A DNA stretch of 64,000 bases from Phoronis australis (Eukaryota > Animalia > Phoronida), in contig NMRA01000804.1 of NCBI GenBank assembly GCA_002633005.1, positions 74,417-138,416 of the forward strand, written 5' to 3'. Below the pieces are notes generated by a model. It was not told the DNA's origin. It worked only from the letters and a program-made list of their open reading frames with translations, and made no database searches. Position 1 is the first letter of the stretch. Each line of letters starts with the position of its first letter. This document shows positions 37,529 through 51,990 of the stretch, one piece after another. A program made the translations under genes and the position numbers.

Positions 37529-39233
37529 AACAAGAGCAACGCGGAGCGTTGAAATGCACCCACGAATGCATTGCAAATAGTGTGCTTTCAGGGTTATTTA
37601 TTTGTATCATAAAAATGGCCACTAGATGTTGCAAAAACATACAATCCATCCAAAAACAGGAACATGCCATATTTCCTAAAAATCTGTCAAGGTACTTCAG
37701 AGACACAAAGGAAAACAGAATAAAATGAAATTGCCACTAGTTGGCACAGTTTCCGTTGGATCCCCCTAAAAGTCGTCGTCATCTGTTGCTATTTTCATAT
37801 AAATACACTTACTAAATTTAGTAAAGATCCTGCAGTGGGTTTAGGAGATACAACTATGGGCGCAAAACAAAACTACCACTAGGAGGCGTCACAGTAGTCA
37901 GTCAAAGGTCGTCTTCACACTGAGAACATATATGCCAATTTTCAAATGATTTGGTTGACAAATGGGTGGACACCAAAGACAAGATTTGAAAACAGCAAAA
38001 ATGGCCACTAGGTGGTGCAAAAACAGGAAGATAGCGTCATCACACCAACAGATGCCTATATTTAAAATTTTATGAAAATCTGTTGAGGACCTTTGAAGAT
38101 ACTAAAACTAAAATTGCCACTAGGGGGTACAGCAGTAGTCAGATATGTACAAAAGTCGTCGTCGACCGTAGTCAACATCATATAAATACATTTGCAAAAT
38201 TAAGTAAAGGTCCTACAAACAGTTTAGGAGACACAGCCATGAGCGCAAACAAAATGCCACTAGGAGGCGCCCCAGTCATCGAAGTCGTCAGAAAATCATC
38301 GTCAGCTGTCCAACTTATAGTAAAAATATACATGCCACTTTTCACAATTATCCTGAAAACGGTTTCGTTGATAGATTAGTGGACGCCAAAAAAAATCGAA
38401 AACAGTAAAAATGGCCAGTAGGAACAGTAAAAATGGCCAGTAGGTGGTGCAAACTAGGTCGAATTCATCTGAAAATGGAGAGATGGCGACACCTCATTAA
38501 TAGATGCCTATATGCCAATTTTTATTACGATCAGGTTCTTTGAAGATAAAGAGGTAAACGTAAAAAAAATAAAATTGCCACTAGGTGGCACACCAGTAGT
38601 CAGATCTGTCCGAAAGTCGTTGTCGTCTGTTGTTAACGTCATATAAATATAGTTACTAAATTTCATAAAGATCCTGCAAATAGTTTAGGAGATACAGCTA
38701 TAGGCGCAAAAAAATGCCGCTAGAAGGCGCCACAGTAGCCGAAATCGTAGGAAAATCATCGGAAAATCATCGTCAACTGTCCTTTCTATAGTAAGAACAT
38801 ACATGCCAATTTTCACAATCATCCTTTGAGCGGTTTGGTTGATAGAGGGGTGGATGCAAAAAAACTCGAAAACAGTAAAAACGGCCATTAGGTGGCACAA
38901 ACTACGTCGAATCCATCAAAAAATGGGAGGAAAGCGTCATCTCACTAATAGGTGCCTACATACCAAATTTCATGAAAATCCGTTAAGGACTTTTGAAGAT
39001 ACAAAGGTAAGTGTAAAAAACTAAAATTGCCACTAGGGGGCACACCGGTAGTTGGATCCATCCGAAAGTTCGCTCATGCCGTCCTATTCATGAATAGAAC
39101 ATATGTGCCAAATTTCATGAATGTAAGTCAAAGGGTTTTGGAGATAGAGCAGCGGACGACGGACGGATGCCGGACGGACGGACGGAGATGACGGCATAAT
39201 GCGTCCACATATAAATATGTGGGCACATAAAAA
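37529..39233 (-). mobile_element. Full-length Helentron-associated non-autonomous element with internal ~0.4-kb tandem array
   Basis: Read on minus: TTTTT, subTIR ATGTGCCCAC pairing with nearby GGACGCAT, (CCGT)n microsatellite, ~3.5 internal units, subTIR GTGGGTGCAT, hairpin CAACGC-TCC-GCGTTG, CTCTTGTT end. Confidence 0.8.
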
Positions 39234-39576
39234 GGGTAGGTGTCCTAATTTTCCAGCTGCATCCCAAGTCAAAAATATATGCGGGACCTCCACATCACGT
39301 GAACCCCAAAATGTACAGTAATTAACAGACACCAGCATAGCACAACTGTGCTAGGCCCCAAAAAGCATAACTTTTCTCTACTTTTCTCTAGCACCACAGT
39401 TTCACAATCCAGACATCAGCCTCATTTTAAGCCTTCATGTAGACTTTTATCTTTCATCATGCCCCACACACCACTTATCTACCAAGATGAATTCATTATA
39501 CCGGTCCCAATTGAAATATCCGTTAACAAGCCAAATCCAATTACATCATTTTTAGCTAATTGTTATCGCATTTCGG

Positions 39577-40284
39577 CCATCTTACCAGAGATTAGTATTT
39601 TTTACCTTACTTACCTATTACTTGTAATTGTATTAGTCATACAAATGACCTTACTTGGAATTGTATTAGTCAAAATAAATGACCTTATATCGCCTACCCC
39701 GGCCTTGGTTTCATCTCTGCCTTGGTAACGAGGTTGCGACGCACGAACTATATAATATACCATTCGGGACATATGTCGATCATAAATGATATTTCACTCG
39801 TTAAATGTATTTATATGAGCATATGGACCCGTCTTACTCCTTTCCCCCCTCAATTCGGTCTAGTCCATTAATTCCTTTGTGTAGGACTACTCGTCGTTCT
39901 ACCAGCTTCATTGGTCAATTGTAATCACGTACCCAGAGTTTGGTCAGCTCTGGGCTCTCATAGGCTGATGATTGTCACATGTCCTTAGGAATTCACATTG
40001 TTCGTTCCCGCCTCGTCGACGTACATCTAAAAATTCTCAAGTTTTTCCCATCCCCCTTTCTCTCATTCCCTTGTACCTCCACATGGCCGCGCTTTTCATT
40101 TGCCCATCTTACAGAGATTAGTATTTTATACCTTACATAGTCACTAACTATTACTTGTAATTGTATAAGTCATGATAAATGACCTTATGTCACCTACCCC
40201 GGCCTTGGTTTCATCTCTGGTAACAAGCTTGCGATGCACGAACTATAAAATTATAAATCATTCGGGACATATGTCGATCATAAA
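39577..40284. repeat. ~200-bp direct repeats (39577-39786, 40104-40284) flanking ~320 bp
   Basis: agagattagtatttt..cctaccccggccttggtttcatctctg..cattcgggacatatgtcgatcataaa in both copies. Confidence 0.85.
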
Positions 40285-41270
40285 AATTGATTCTGGTCAC
40301 ACTTTCCACAAGGTACATTAATTTCAGAAGCCAAACAGTTAAAAACATCACTAGATTCTGGAATGATATCGTTGAATTTATTTCAGCCAATGTTTTATGC
40401 TGTTATGTCATTGCTAACATGGCAATTTTCCTGCACCACACATAGATCAGTGCTTGCCATAAGGAGAATTGATGATATATATCAGCAGTTCTTGTACAAA
40501 TATTCTGACCAAGCAAGACGTTCTAATTGACCACGCACAACTGCAGGCATTTATTCAAGAGTCGCTGGTTCACTAGCGCCACATGGTGGCATCCAATGCT
40601 TCTCACTAATCACACTACAACACCAATTCAACAGATGGTCATTAACTGAGCTCAACAGTGAGATAGACCTACAACTGTTCTGCATTACTGTACATCAACA
40701 ATGAAAACATTACTTTGATGAAACCTGTGGCAAACTAGAACAAAACAGATAACACAGGAATGAAAACATTAGTATCACGCCTTTTAGTTTACTGGTTTTC
40801 CACAAGGTGGTCTACCAACACTGTGATACAGGATAGTGGGTAACTTACCAATCAACGGTTATCACAGGGAACAGGCAATAACTTTTGAAAGAAAGTACAA
40901 TGAAAACCAGAGAGCTCAACAAGTTCAGACTTGCATGTCAATAAATTTTGTCTTTTTGATGTTCTTTGATTCTTTACTCTTGCAATTCTTTTACCCCATA
41001 CCATCTTCAAATACATTCCACTTAAGAAATGAGTTCCTAAACGTTATACCACAAATTAATCAATTATAAAACCCAACAAAAGCTATGTAGCCACATTGGT
41101 TTGGCTTTTAAGGCTATGAAAATTTAAGAAAATAGCTTTAAGTGAGCGTAACAGTACTTACTTAAACAGGTAAATTACCTGTATTAGAATGAACTTGCCA
41201 ACTCTGGCATCTTGTTATGGTGAATAGTAAAACTGGAACATGGTTTACATGCATAGATTTACAGTAAACA

Positions 41271-41372
41271 GTGACTAACAATAACATGTGTTGACTAACA
41301 ATAACATGTGGTGACTAACAATAACATGTGGTGACTAACAATAACATGTGGTGACTAACAATAACATGTGGT
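41271..41372. repeat. 20-bp tandem repeat x5
   Basis: gtgactaacaataacatgtg. Confidence 0.95.
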
Positions 41373-42546
41373 CCCTACAAACTGTAAAAAAGATTTATCT
41401 CAGTTCACATGAGTTTATTTATCAGCCTTATACAGATCAATTTTTTGGAAATCCTATAATTTGAAATTTAAATGAATTTCAAATTTATGTAAATAACTGC
41501 TATTTGTTATGTTAACGTGAAATTATGACTGAATATTGCATAAAGGCCAAGTCTAAAAAAACAAAAAAAAACAAAAATAATAATGCTTACTCTTGCATTT
41601 GAATTTTCTGGAAAAATGATTACCAAAAATAAAAAAACAATTGTTAGCATAGAAATGAATAACTAAAACTGTTTTTCCTTATTTTTCCCCATAATTCATG
41701 TCTAAAGCATTTCACTGTGAAATTTTTTACTTTTAAAAAATAATGAGGAGAAATGATCATCTTTCCAACTCCCTTCAGTTTACAACGGTGGGTAGAAAGT
41801 TTGTCAGTTTTGAAAATATGACATGGTTCTCTGGTGAAACTCAGTTAATCAGACAATTACATTCTCTGATTCTTGAATCAAGTCTTCCTGTTTTTGAATA
41901 ACAACAGCAAACTCAGTTGAACCTTGACCTTAACCCCACCATTGTTGTGTTCTCGTCACTGTTTACTTCAGCTCTGAGGTTGTTTGTGATTGGTTGTTTG
42001 GGTTGTTCACCCTTTCTGATGATTTTTGGACAAGTGAAATAAAAATTCGGCATCGATAACTGCCAAAGCATTGTTGTCTAGTGTGTGTTAAAACTTAATT
42101 ATACCTTCCTAAAAGAACAGTTTAGCCAGAAATTAACTACAGGTACTAAACTGAAAAGAAAGAATTTGTTACTGGGAAAACATCAGTGAAAGCACTTATA
42201 AAATATTGTGCCGGAAGTCGTGCATGATTAGTTATGTTATTCTGAGTGGAGTCTGTAGATATCCTCATAAAGGATAAGCTCAGTAACCATGGCAACGAAG
42301 AGGCCCACACAGTCATAGTGTGGCCTATTTCAAGAAGACAGACAGTCTATAGACTGCAGTGTGTAAAAACACGCCTAGTTTGTATCAACATTTTGCAAAA
42401 ATGTAAGGAAATGCATCAGTGAAGCAAGAATGGCACCATCCAGGACACTGTGTGTGCAGGGAGTCTATTTCGTGAAAAGAGACATAATTCTCAAGACAGA
42501 AATTAGGTCTTTTGCTAATGACTTCACAATTGCTGGATAAAGGTTT

Positions 42547-43416
42547 AATTATGAGGGGCGGAAAGGGTAAAAATTGTGAAAAAAAAAGAAAATCAACTCT
42601 GTTTTGTAAATTCAATTCTAGTTAATTAATTCAACCTAATTTAAATAAAAATCAAACCAGTTTGATAATTCATCTTACTTCGAAAATTTCAATTCAACTC
42701 AATAAAATTCATCCTGTTCAGAAGATTCATTGCTTTTATTAAGTCAGATGCTGGTTTAAAGGTTCATGTTACATGCAATAATTCTGTTACGGAGATTCAG
42801 TCAACATTCGTAATTGATCGTGTAAAATCAATGGTGTTTGAATAGAAAATTATACTGTTTCGAAGATTCTATTTTGCAAACCTTGTCAGTGGGAAGTGAA
42901 ACCAGTTTATCATGTGATTGAAAATGGCGGAGCCCACTCTGGCACTCGTTGTCCATGAGATTAAAAATATTCAAGAACACATTCTGGAAGACGATTTTTA
43001 TGACGGAAATATATACCAGCTGGACCATTCGTCTCAAGGCTTTTGGAGCGGCGTTATTACTGATAAGGGCCTCAGTCTTTCATAGCGAGATCAGTTTTAG
43101 GAACCACCAACAGGATTGACAAAACAGACTCGATTTAATAAAACACAATCGATTTTTCAACAGGGTTAGTTTTGTGAATCGCCAACAGAATTGACAAAAC
43201 AGGGTCAATTTTGAAAAGCACGCTTGATTCTCCAGAACTGGTTCGCTCTTAACAGGTTTGTTTTACAAAACAGGAATCATTTTTAAGTAGTATTAAATTT
43301 ACAAAATAGGATTTAATTATATTATATAGGATTGAATTTATTAAACAGAGTTGCATCTATAAAACAGGGTTGGTTTTCTTATTTTTCACAATTGTTGCCC
43401 TTTCCACATGGTAATT
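42547..43416. mobile_element. Non-autonomous DNA element with long imperfect TIRs (~120 bp)
   Basis: ggaaagggtaaaaattgtgaaaaa..aactctgttttgtaa vs reverse complement of the right end ggaaagggcaacaattgtgaaaaa..aaccctgttttatag. Confidence 0.65.
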
Positions 43417-43917
43417 ACAAGTACATGGTAGTCTAGAACTAATTTTTCTCAATCACTAGTAGTCCTGTGTATATTCTTAGACACTGGCTTCATCATCGAT
43501 GAATACAGGTTTAGCCAAGTTATTATGAGAGTATTATAATCTAGAAGTAATTTAGAAATTTTCTCAATAACAGGCATATTTTCAGATGTAGGACTGTGTG
43601 TGGTGTAAGATCAAATTTCCCTCATGAAACAGTGACCAGAATAACTTTAAATTGAAAAACAGCCAAGCACTCGACAATAGTCACATACAGGGGCACACAG
43701 ATTTTGAGAACCAGTTTGATGTCTATTATTCAGAGAAAACTTGTTCTCAAAATGCAGGTATTACCCTATGCTCTTCATTCCTCAACCATTTTGTGTCACA
43801 AGCTTCATTATCTCAGTGTTGCTGTTTCAAAATAAAACATGAATGAAGAACAATTTCAAAAACCAACAGGTCAGTACTGCCGTAATTGTCTGAAGTTCAA
43901 CTCGTAAAGAAGAGACA

Positions 43918-44125
43918 ATGCAGCTCACTTGTTTGTGCTCCAGGCTTCGGTTTGAGAGGCAGGTGCTCAAATCCAGGCTTAACTAACAGACAATGGAGCA
44001 CTGCAAAAAGAGCTGGGTCTTGGTAGTGATTGTATTCAAGGCAGTGAATGACAACCTGGATGTACAGGTAATATGAAAGGAGGTGTGGTGTCTTGGAAAG
44101 GCCAATGGCAAATGCAACCACATAC
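43918..44125 (+). mobile_element. Possible tRNA-derived SINE, degenerate
   Basis: A-box-like gcagctcacttgtt and B-box-like ggtgctcaaatcc with tRNA-like spacing. Confidence 0.3.
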
Positions 44126-47100
44126 ATACTGCTATTAGGTCAGGTTTCACGAAAATTTGTCTGGTTGAGAAATAACTTGGCCAATAGAGGTGCTTAGAAC
44201 AACAAACACTAAGTGAAAACTCAGCTACATGAAATGCCATTTAGGTAAGACTACAGCCACCTCAAGGTCATCTTCAGGTCACCTTCTTAAAGGTTTGTTG
44301 ATTGAGAGAATTCAGATAACAGAAACAAAATATTTAAGATACCTGGACAGTTTTGTCAGGAAACTGACCTGCATGCAGAGACTGCCATAAGGAGAATTGG
44401 CCAGTATTTTCTGAGCCATTTCATTCTTATCTTCCACCCTAATTAAACCACAGATCTGCCTTCTTGCCCTGAATGTGATTTGTGTTTGTAGGCTCCACCC
44501 GATGACACGTGATTGGTCAGAATATCAATGTTATGCTAATTACTCATAAGAAGGCAGATAGGATGCCTTTGTAAATGCACATTTTATAGGTCTGATCTGC
44601 CAGACATCCTATCTGTCCATAAACGTGATTATTTTGTTGTGATGGACCTTCCAGATCTGGCAGGCGGGCAACTCTGGACAATCAGAAAACCACTTTCCAC
44701 TCAATTTTATTGTATTTTAATTAGATACGAGTAACCTGTACAATTAAAATCGTATTTTCATTTATCACCCTTTTTGTGGACAGAACCAGAACCAGAGATA
44801 ACGTGTCTAGCGTATACTCCCTGAAGCCCCTAAGTCTACTTCACAGCCATAATAGTGGTATGCGTCACATCTGAACATGATACAAAGAGGTAACTTAGAC
44901 ATGTTGCCAGCGTTTTCACCAACTAAAGTCCTGTGCTCTCACAAAAACCAACATCGTGCTTCCACGTAACATAGGTCGCCTGCTCATCTACAATCAAGGA
45001 TTACACACAGCCCCAAGACCTTGCAAGGTTTGAACCTATTCCTCTAACCATGACCTCAGCTGCCTGAAGTAATTTCTGACTCACTTCTGGGTTCTCCATC
45101 CCCCAAAGGTATATGTGATCCACTTCCATTATAAAAAGATTGGCAATACTAATACCCAGTCCACTAAATAATCATATGCTTAGAACATGTCAACTATAGG
45201 GCCACCAAAAGCTTTAGCATAAACATATAAGAACTTCAAAATATAAGAATATTTCAAACTGGTTGACGAACTTGAACCTACGCATGCTACTTTGGACCTC
45301 GTCCATTGTAACTTCATTTCATTTCAAATACAACTCGATGATTTCAAATATCTCCTTTAAACTTTAATTAAAACTTGCGATTTTCTTAAAATAGGCTTTT
45401 TTAATTAATTGCAGAAGTCACTAGATGCTAGTTAGAAAAATACCCTATCTACAATTCTTTAACTTTATTTTGTTTTAGGGTTGTTTTAGTTTAATTCCAA
45501 TACATGATACCTTTTCACTGAAAACATATGGGTTGTAGATTGCATGAAGTCTAGTCTTCAGTTCTACAATAAAACGGGAAACCATCCAATCAACAGCTCT
45601 GATACAATCATCCAATCAACAGTTCTGACCCAACCCAACTTCATTACAGTCTCATGTCCTTTAATCCAGAAAAACTAAATACCAAATCCATTATTTATTC
45701 TCAGAAACGACAGAATTCACACATCCCTTGCGAGACAGGTTAGAGCAAACATGGTTTAAAACTGCATTGCATCTTTAAGCTGGCTAAAACCAAAAATCGA
45801 ACTGGGCCCTTAAATCTTGTTAAGTTATTCTCGTACTATTCCTATATAGCATTCTATTTCCATTGCCATCCCAAATCACAGGCAACGTGTACATGAGCCA
45901 CTTCTGAGTTCGCAATTTTAGAGTTGATCAAGCTCAATAAAGGTTGAACCGTTGCATCCAGTCCGGTCACTGGTGGCGTCCATGTTTTTGAACTGGTAAT
46001 TGAAATAGCATCCTACCACAGTAAGGACTTTTATGAGACCACAGTAATTGATGAGAGTAAGAAACCCGATTTGATTTTCATTTTAGCTAGCTAAGAGGGC
46101 GAAATCCACCTTTAAATAAAAATAATGAATTAGGTTTTCAATGACCCTTTTTCCCTAATTCTTCTCTCATGTTAGGCAAATCTTTTCAACAGAAGCTAAC
46201 CGGGTTTTTTATTCAAATCGATGATTCCACAAGCAGAAGAGAAAAATTTATGTTAATGCATTCGACCTTTCACCAGCGATAAGGTTTGAGTACGCATGCC
46301 AATTAAAATGTCTGCCACTGATCAATACTAACAAGTTCAATTGTTTATATGATCACATAATAATGGCAGAGAAGTAGGCCTAGTTTGAGTATTAACACAG
46401 AATGAGTGTCAAGTTACCTGAAGTTACAGGTGACAAGGGTTATTCAGACTGTGTGCACTGATCTATTCTCGCCCGGAGCATAAATTGCTGTTAGAAGCCG
46501 GGGCCCTGACTCACCAGAGGGAAAAGTGCCTGTGCCTTTTTAAAGAGGAATGTTGTGTCATTTTTTTACTAGTATGGAAATTTTCGCACCGTTTTTACTA
46601 AGACTAGGAGGAGAGGAAGTTTGCAAGGTTTATTTGTTGCATTGCTTTTTATTGCAATGATATAAAAATCATGAGGAGAATTTTTGATCATTCTGAGGGG
46701 ATTTTTTTGACTTAATTGTTTAGAGGGAAATTTTTTGACTTGATAGGGGGAATTTCAGGTAACTTTTTAATATTATTGAGAGAGGAAGGGTCCAAAATTT
46801 GGCCACAATATCGAGGAAACGAGGGCCCTGGACACAATACCTATGAATACAGGATTTTGGTTTGCCATTGTGACTTTCCTAATTCAAAAATAAGTACACT
46901 CAATCAAGAGCAGATGACTATTAGTGCTTGTGGAAGATCACCTTAAATCAAAAACCTGCCAAATTTTCTCTTGAACAAACAAATGAATGTATCCTTTGTC
47001 AATCCCATTACAACAATACGATAAACCAATTTTAGAGCAAACAATCAAATAAAAAGTATTCCGAAACAATACTCGTTCAACATGACATTAAAATTTTAGT

Positions 47101-48872
47101 TAACAAATTTTTGCTTTTTGTTTGTACAGCGAAAAAATGACCATGGAATTAGACTTTTTGAGAATTTAAAAGCACAATTCATATAGAATTTGTTTACAAA
47201 ATGTTCTCGTTTTTGTGATCACTTGTGATTGCTGTCGAGATAAATTTTATTTTAAAAACTGGTAGAAATATAGAAACTATTACAATTGATGGAAAATAAA
47301 TAAGTGACTCTAAGCATAAACACAAGAATTATTAACCTTGATTCTCTTAAATATGAGCACTCAGCGTTAAATTCACTAATTTGTGACTGGGAACAAACAG
47401 AAAATTATTACAAGTAGTAATAAAAACAGTGAATTAAAGTTTGCAAAAAATATACTTTTTACAAAACTGTTATTCCTTAATTTAGGTTATTCTCAATGTT
47501 TGTGGATTTTTTTCAAAAATACAGCACTTTGTTTAAACACATAATTTATGCGTGGCACACTTCAATTGACCAATTGACTTCAATCCACCAGCCCTTTTTT
47601 GACCGGATGATTTTCCACTCTTCCAGCAGTTTTGAACGATTTCTACTTAAGACAGTGGCTTGAATCACGTGAAACATTGCACACTTCTTTCATGGCCCAC
47701 AACATTCTGTTCGAACATCTGAGATATTGGCGACAGACTTGGGACGTTGTTTTGAAAAAGGACCCTCAAGATTTTTAACATAAACTCTTCACTTATTTTG
47801 TAAAAAATAATAGCCAAATATCATCATTTTGCTATTTTTCAATGTCTCACCTTGCTATAAATACTGTGGACTTGACTAAACATTGTTTAACAGCATCTCT
47901 ACAGTTGAACATCAATCTCTTAATCATAATCTTTAGTTGAAAAATTTGGCACATTAAAATTTCACTTATCTACCATTAAAAAGGTGAAGAATAACCCTAA
48001 ATCAAAAATATGAAATACGATTTCCTGCGAATTGATAGTAACAATATATAGTTCAGACACAAACTCGCCTGTCGCAAAAACGGTAGTCACGTGATTATTA
48101 AAGTTTATCTGATGATTTGAAACATTAATTCAGATTCTCCAGTAATGGAGGGTTGAAAATGAACAGTAAAATGTTATTTGATGAAATCTGATAGCACTTC
48201 AAGAAAGTTGGTCATTACCTGTTGAGAAATAAAGGTTATCCCACATACATAGGAATACTATCTCAAATTCATTTCAACTGGGAATGTCCCAACTAGACCT
48301 TCAGTTTTGTCGAGACTTTCCCAAATAAAATGAATTCAAGATACGATATGGTAGCAGTTTTCTTATGTATGTGGGATTACTTACTAATAGAAATATTTGC
48401 CCGGTGGTGATCACTGCACTGTATAATAACAGTGGAACTGTGCTGATTTGCAGAACTAGGGAAAGTTGATATAAGGACAATATCGCAAAAAATTGCCAAG
48501 GAAGCTGTGAGCAAACAAAATGTGTCAGTAAAAACAACACATAAGTTGGTCACAATTTCTTGTAAACATCTTAGTTTTCAGTTTAGATATACTGTATTCA
48601 TCCACAACAAAACATTTGCATTTCAGTTGCATTTGATTTTGACTGGCTTTGTTGGGGATGCTATTTAGCCGACAATTGACCTATTTATGATGACTCATAT
48701 TCAAATTAGCGAGGCCTAAAAATAGCCGCCTGATCACTGTGCGTCGAAATTTTAATTCATCTTTGCTGCTTTTAGAGCAGTAAAACTGACACCTTGGATA
48801 ACTTTTTAGGTAACCCAAATGAGCAACCCCAATCAAACTTGGAGTTGTACACGAAAATTATATACTCCACCA

Positions 48873-49020
48873 GGGCCGAGTTGCATAAAGCTTCATAAGT
48901 TATCCTCTGGATAAGTTTGTTGCATGACATCAGGTGCATTGTTCAACAATAACAACCTGACATGTGACAATGCGACGTCATTGTTGCTCTACAGCGTATA
49001 ACTTTTATGCAACTGGACTC
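48873..49020. mobile_element. Short MITE
   Basis: gggccgagttgcataaag / cttttatgcaactggactc inverted termini. Confidence 0.55.
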
Positions 49021-51809
49021 CACCCCCAGAGACTGCGAACTAAAATACCACCTCTACCATTGTGTATGGACTGACTCTTACATCCCACATATCAGGCCTA
49101 TATCAGGAGTTATTGAATGCCCCTATTTAGGATATATGGGATAACTTGTGTATTATATAATATAAGAGTCTGGAATATAAGTTAAATGACCCAGTGATGA
49201 ATTAGAAAATGCTACATCAATGATTAATTATGTCCTAATACACTTGCAATACGCAGTAAACTGTATTCTACTGTCAATAGTTATTGAATTAGCAAAATCC
49301 GAGCATTATTAATAAAAATAAAAGCAACAAAATCATGCAAAATGTACAAAAGAATTCCACCTATAGATTGATTTTGAAACGCAAATTTGTGAGTTTTAAA
49401 AGCAGTGATCAAATATCCCAGACAGACAGTTGTTCAAGTCAAAAACTAGCCAATGTTTCCTGTAACATGAGAAATGCAGGCCAGATTTAGAACTTTAAAG
49501 AAACAGTGGTAAAACCTAACCAGAATTAAGAGGTCTGCAAGCCCCCAAGTCAAAGTTGCAGACATCAATATTGTACCTTCCTGTTAATTCCTACAAAGTC
49601 TATAGAAGGACATTTTTTTACTTTCTATTCATTTTACAGAACACAGGATGACGTATCTTAAAATATTTCTAAAATTTCGCATCAATAACTTCATTCGTGT
49701 TTGAAGTTACAAGCAATTGATTGTCATGGACTCTCTTAACAGTGATATCACGAAAGGTTAATCCCAGAAATTGTGTCACGGAGGATAATATTAATAATCC
49801 TTGTGATTGATTCGTCTTTGAGAAGGCAATTTGAAATCATGTTCTGCGTCTCCTCGCCCTAAGACGAATTGTCCTAAATCTCAATTGAACCCGTTGTCAT
49901 ATGAGCCCGGTACAACAATGCGTTCGGAATGGAATAGTTTCGGTGTTTATCATTAGTTGTCAACAAGATTTTGGTTTGTGATATTACTCACAATACTACG
50001 CACTTCCTGAAATTGTAAAGCAGTTACTGTAACTTTGGAACACCAAATCTATCAAATGACAGATCAATTTCATGTGAAATTTTCAAAAAATGTTATGCAC
50101 TGCTGTCCAACATATTGTTAGAAATTGTTTTCATGTTCCATTTTTGCATTAGAAGATTCAAAAAGTAAATTTCGTGATTTTATAGAAAAAAATATCAAAA
50201 ACTGCATGAAATGAAATCATAATTTAGAAAACCGTCACAGCTTTTTATATTTCATCTTGAAAATTACTATCAAAGGAAATGTGGTCGTTTTTTGTTGTTT
50301 TACCAAGAATGTACCATTCTTTTAACTTTAGTTACGATAAATTTGACACAAAAGCTGATGACCATGTGAACAAATGGAAGAACGGCATCCACTTGAAAAT
50401 CAAATTCTACAGGCTTGCTTGTCTTTCAGTATAATTTTACCAAGTTAAAATCTATAGTTTTGTTGATATGTGGCAAAGTACACACACTTGACAACAGGCT
50501 CCTTTGTCAATAAACACATTATTATTCTTTCACTGTGCTGGCTGGCTGTTCTAGATGAACAGAGAACAAAGCCAGAAACCAGAATTTTAAATGGAGGTGT
50601 ATATAGAGACAATCCTCAAACAATGTTACAAGCATAAATTTGGTGCAAAATATAGAAGAGGGCTTTGAACATACTGCAGGATGCCAGGACGTGGAGACAA
50701 ATGGATGGAAAATCAGAGACCTAAAGAAACAACTGGAGGTAGGTGGCGATAATATGCACTAGTATGTGCGCACTACTATGGATGTAACATAAGTCATCAA
50801 TATTACAACATATCATAACATGATGATGTGCAATAACACATTTGCAAGTGAACATTGATGTTATTGACTCTATTGACCAATCAGACCACAGCAGTCGTCA
50901 CATTGCTCTTGAAAATGGGGATAATGGCTGATGACTCACTAAGAGCAGGAAAAGGGGGTCCCATTCCCAGGTAGTTTTGGCACTTTTCTCCAGATTCCCG
51001 GAGTTAATTTTATTTCGGTATCTGCCCCAAAAATCTCCATTTTCCCCCATTTCCAAAATCACGGACATAAAAAGGGCCCACCACCAGTCCCAAAAAAGCC
51101 TATCCTTCTCAGTTCTCTTGGGCAATCAAAGTTTTAGATCTCCAAGACCAGTGTTGCCTTAGAGGCAAATGATTTGGTCAAAGAATCTCCAATTCCATCT
51201 ACACGTACTCTCATATACTCATGTAAGATGCATGCATGTAGTATTTTGTAGTCGAAGGAAATTTCCCAAGCACCATGGCCTACCGACCTTCCTGCAAGTT
51301 GAGACTCAAGAGAAAGCAATGTGTAAACTTCATAACAACCAAGAACCCTAAACCCAGGTTTCAGCTTTCCATGCAAATGTTACCAAAAAGGTCAAACAGA
51401 AATCAGGACAAAACCTTTAGAAAGCAACAGATCACTCACTGCACATAGTAAGATGACTTGCGGAGGGTGGCGCCAATGACAGAGTAATATTCCGATCCGA
51501 CTTGACCATTCCAACTCCACTTATTCCTGCAGACAGACAGCAAGCTGCTACCTGACAACCACTCAAATGAAATCGCACAAAAATGGATTGTACTGCCTGC
51601 TCAACATGAATATTAGAAAAGTGTTAATAGTAATCATGTGAGATGCAAGCTGTGCTTTATTGATCAAGTGCTGTTCACAGGGTTTTGTTTGTCATAAAAG
51701 CAATGTTTGGTCAATGTGGGAAAGTCCATTAGGCTTAGGGGTGATAGCAAACAGATACCAGCGGTTCAGTAGTGAAGTTAGAATTATTATACCAATTAGA
51801 AAATAGAAA

Positions 51810-51990
51810 AAACAATAATAATAATAACCATAATATAATAATTAACAATAATACTATCAATATCATTAATAAGATTCATAATCATAATAATAATAATATA
51901 ATTATTAACAATAATACTATTAATATAATTAATAAGATTCATAAACATAATAATAATATTAACAATAATACCAAATAAGAATAATAATTA
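51810..51990. repeat. AAT-rich microsatellite with 63-bp higher-order duplication
   Basis: attaacaataatactat..taataagattcataa repeated. Confidence 0.85.

Noticed and set aside
22513-39990. Other CTGATGA hammerhead-core hits (~22515, ~35544, ~39965)
   Set aside because: No stem II closed by a downstream GAAA and no NUH in register
51772-51978. Asn/Ile-rich ORF
   Set aside because: Translation of an AAT microsatellite
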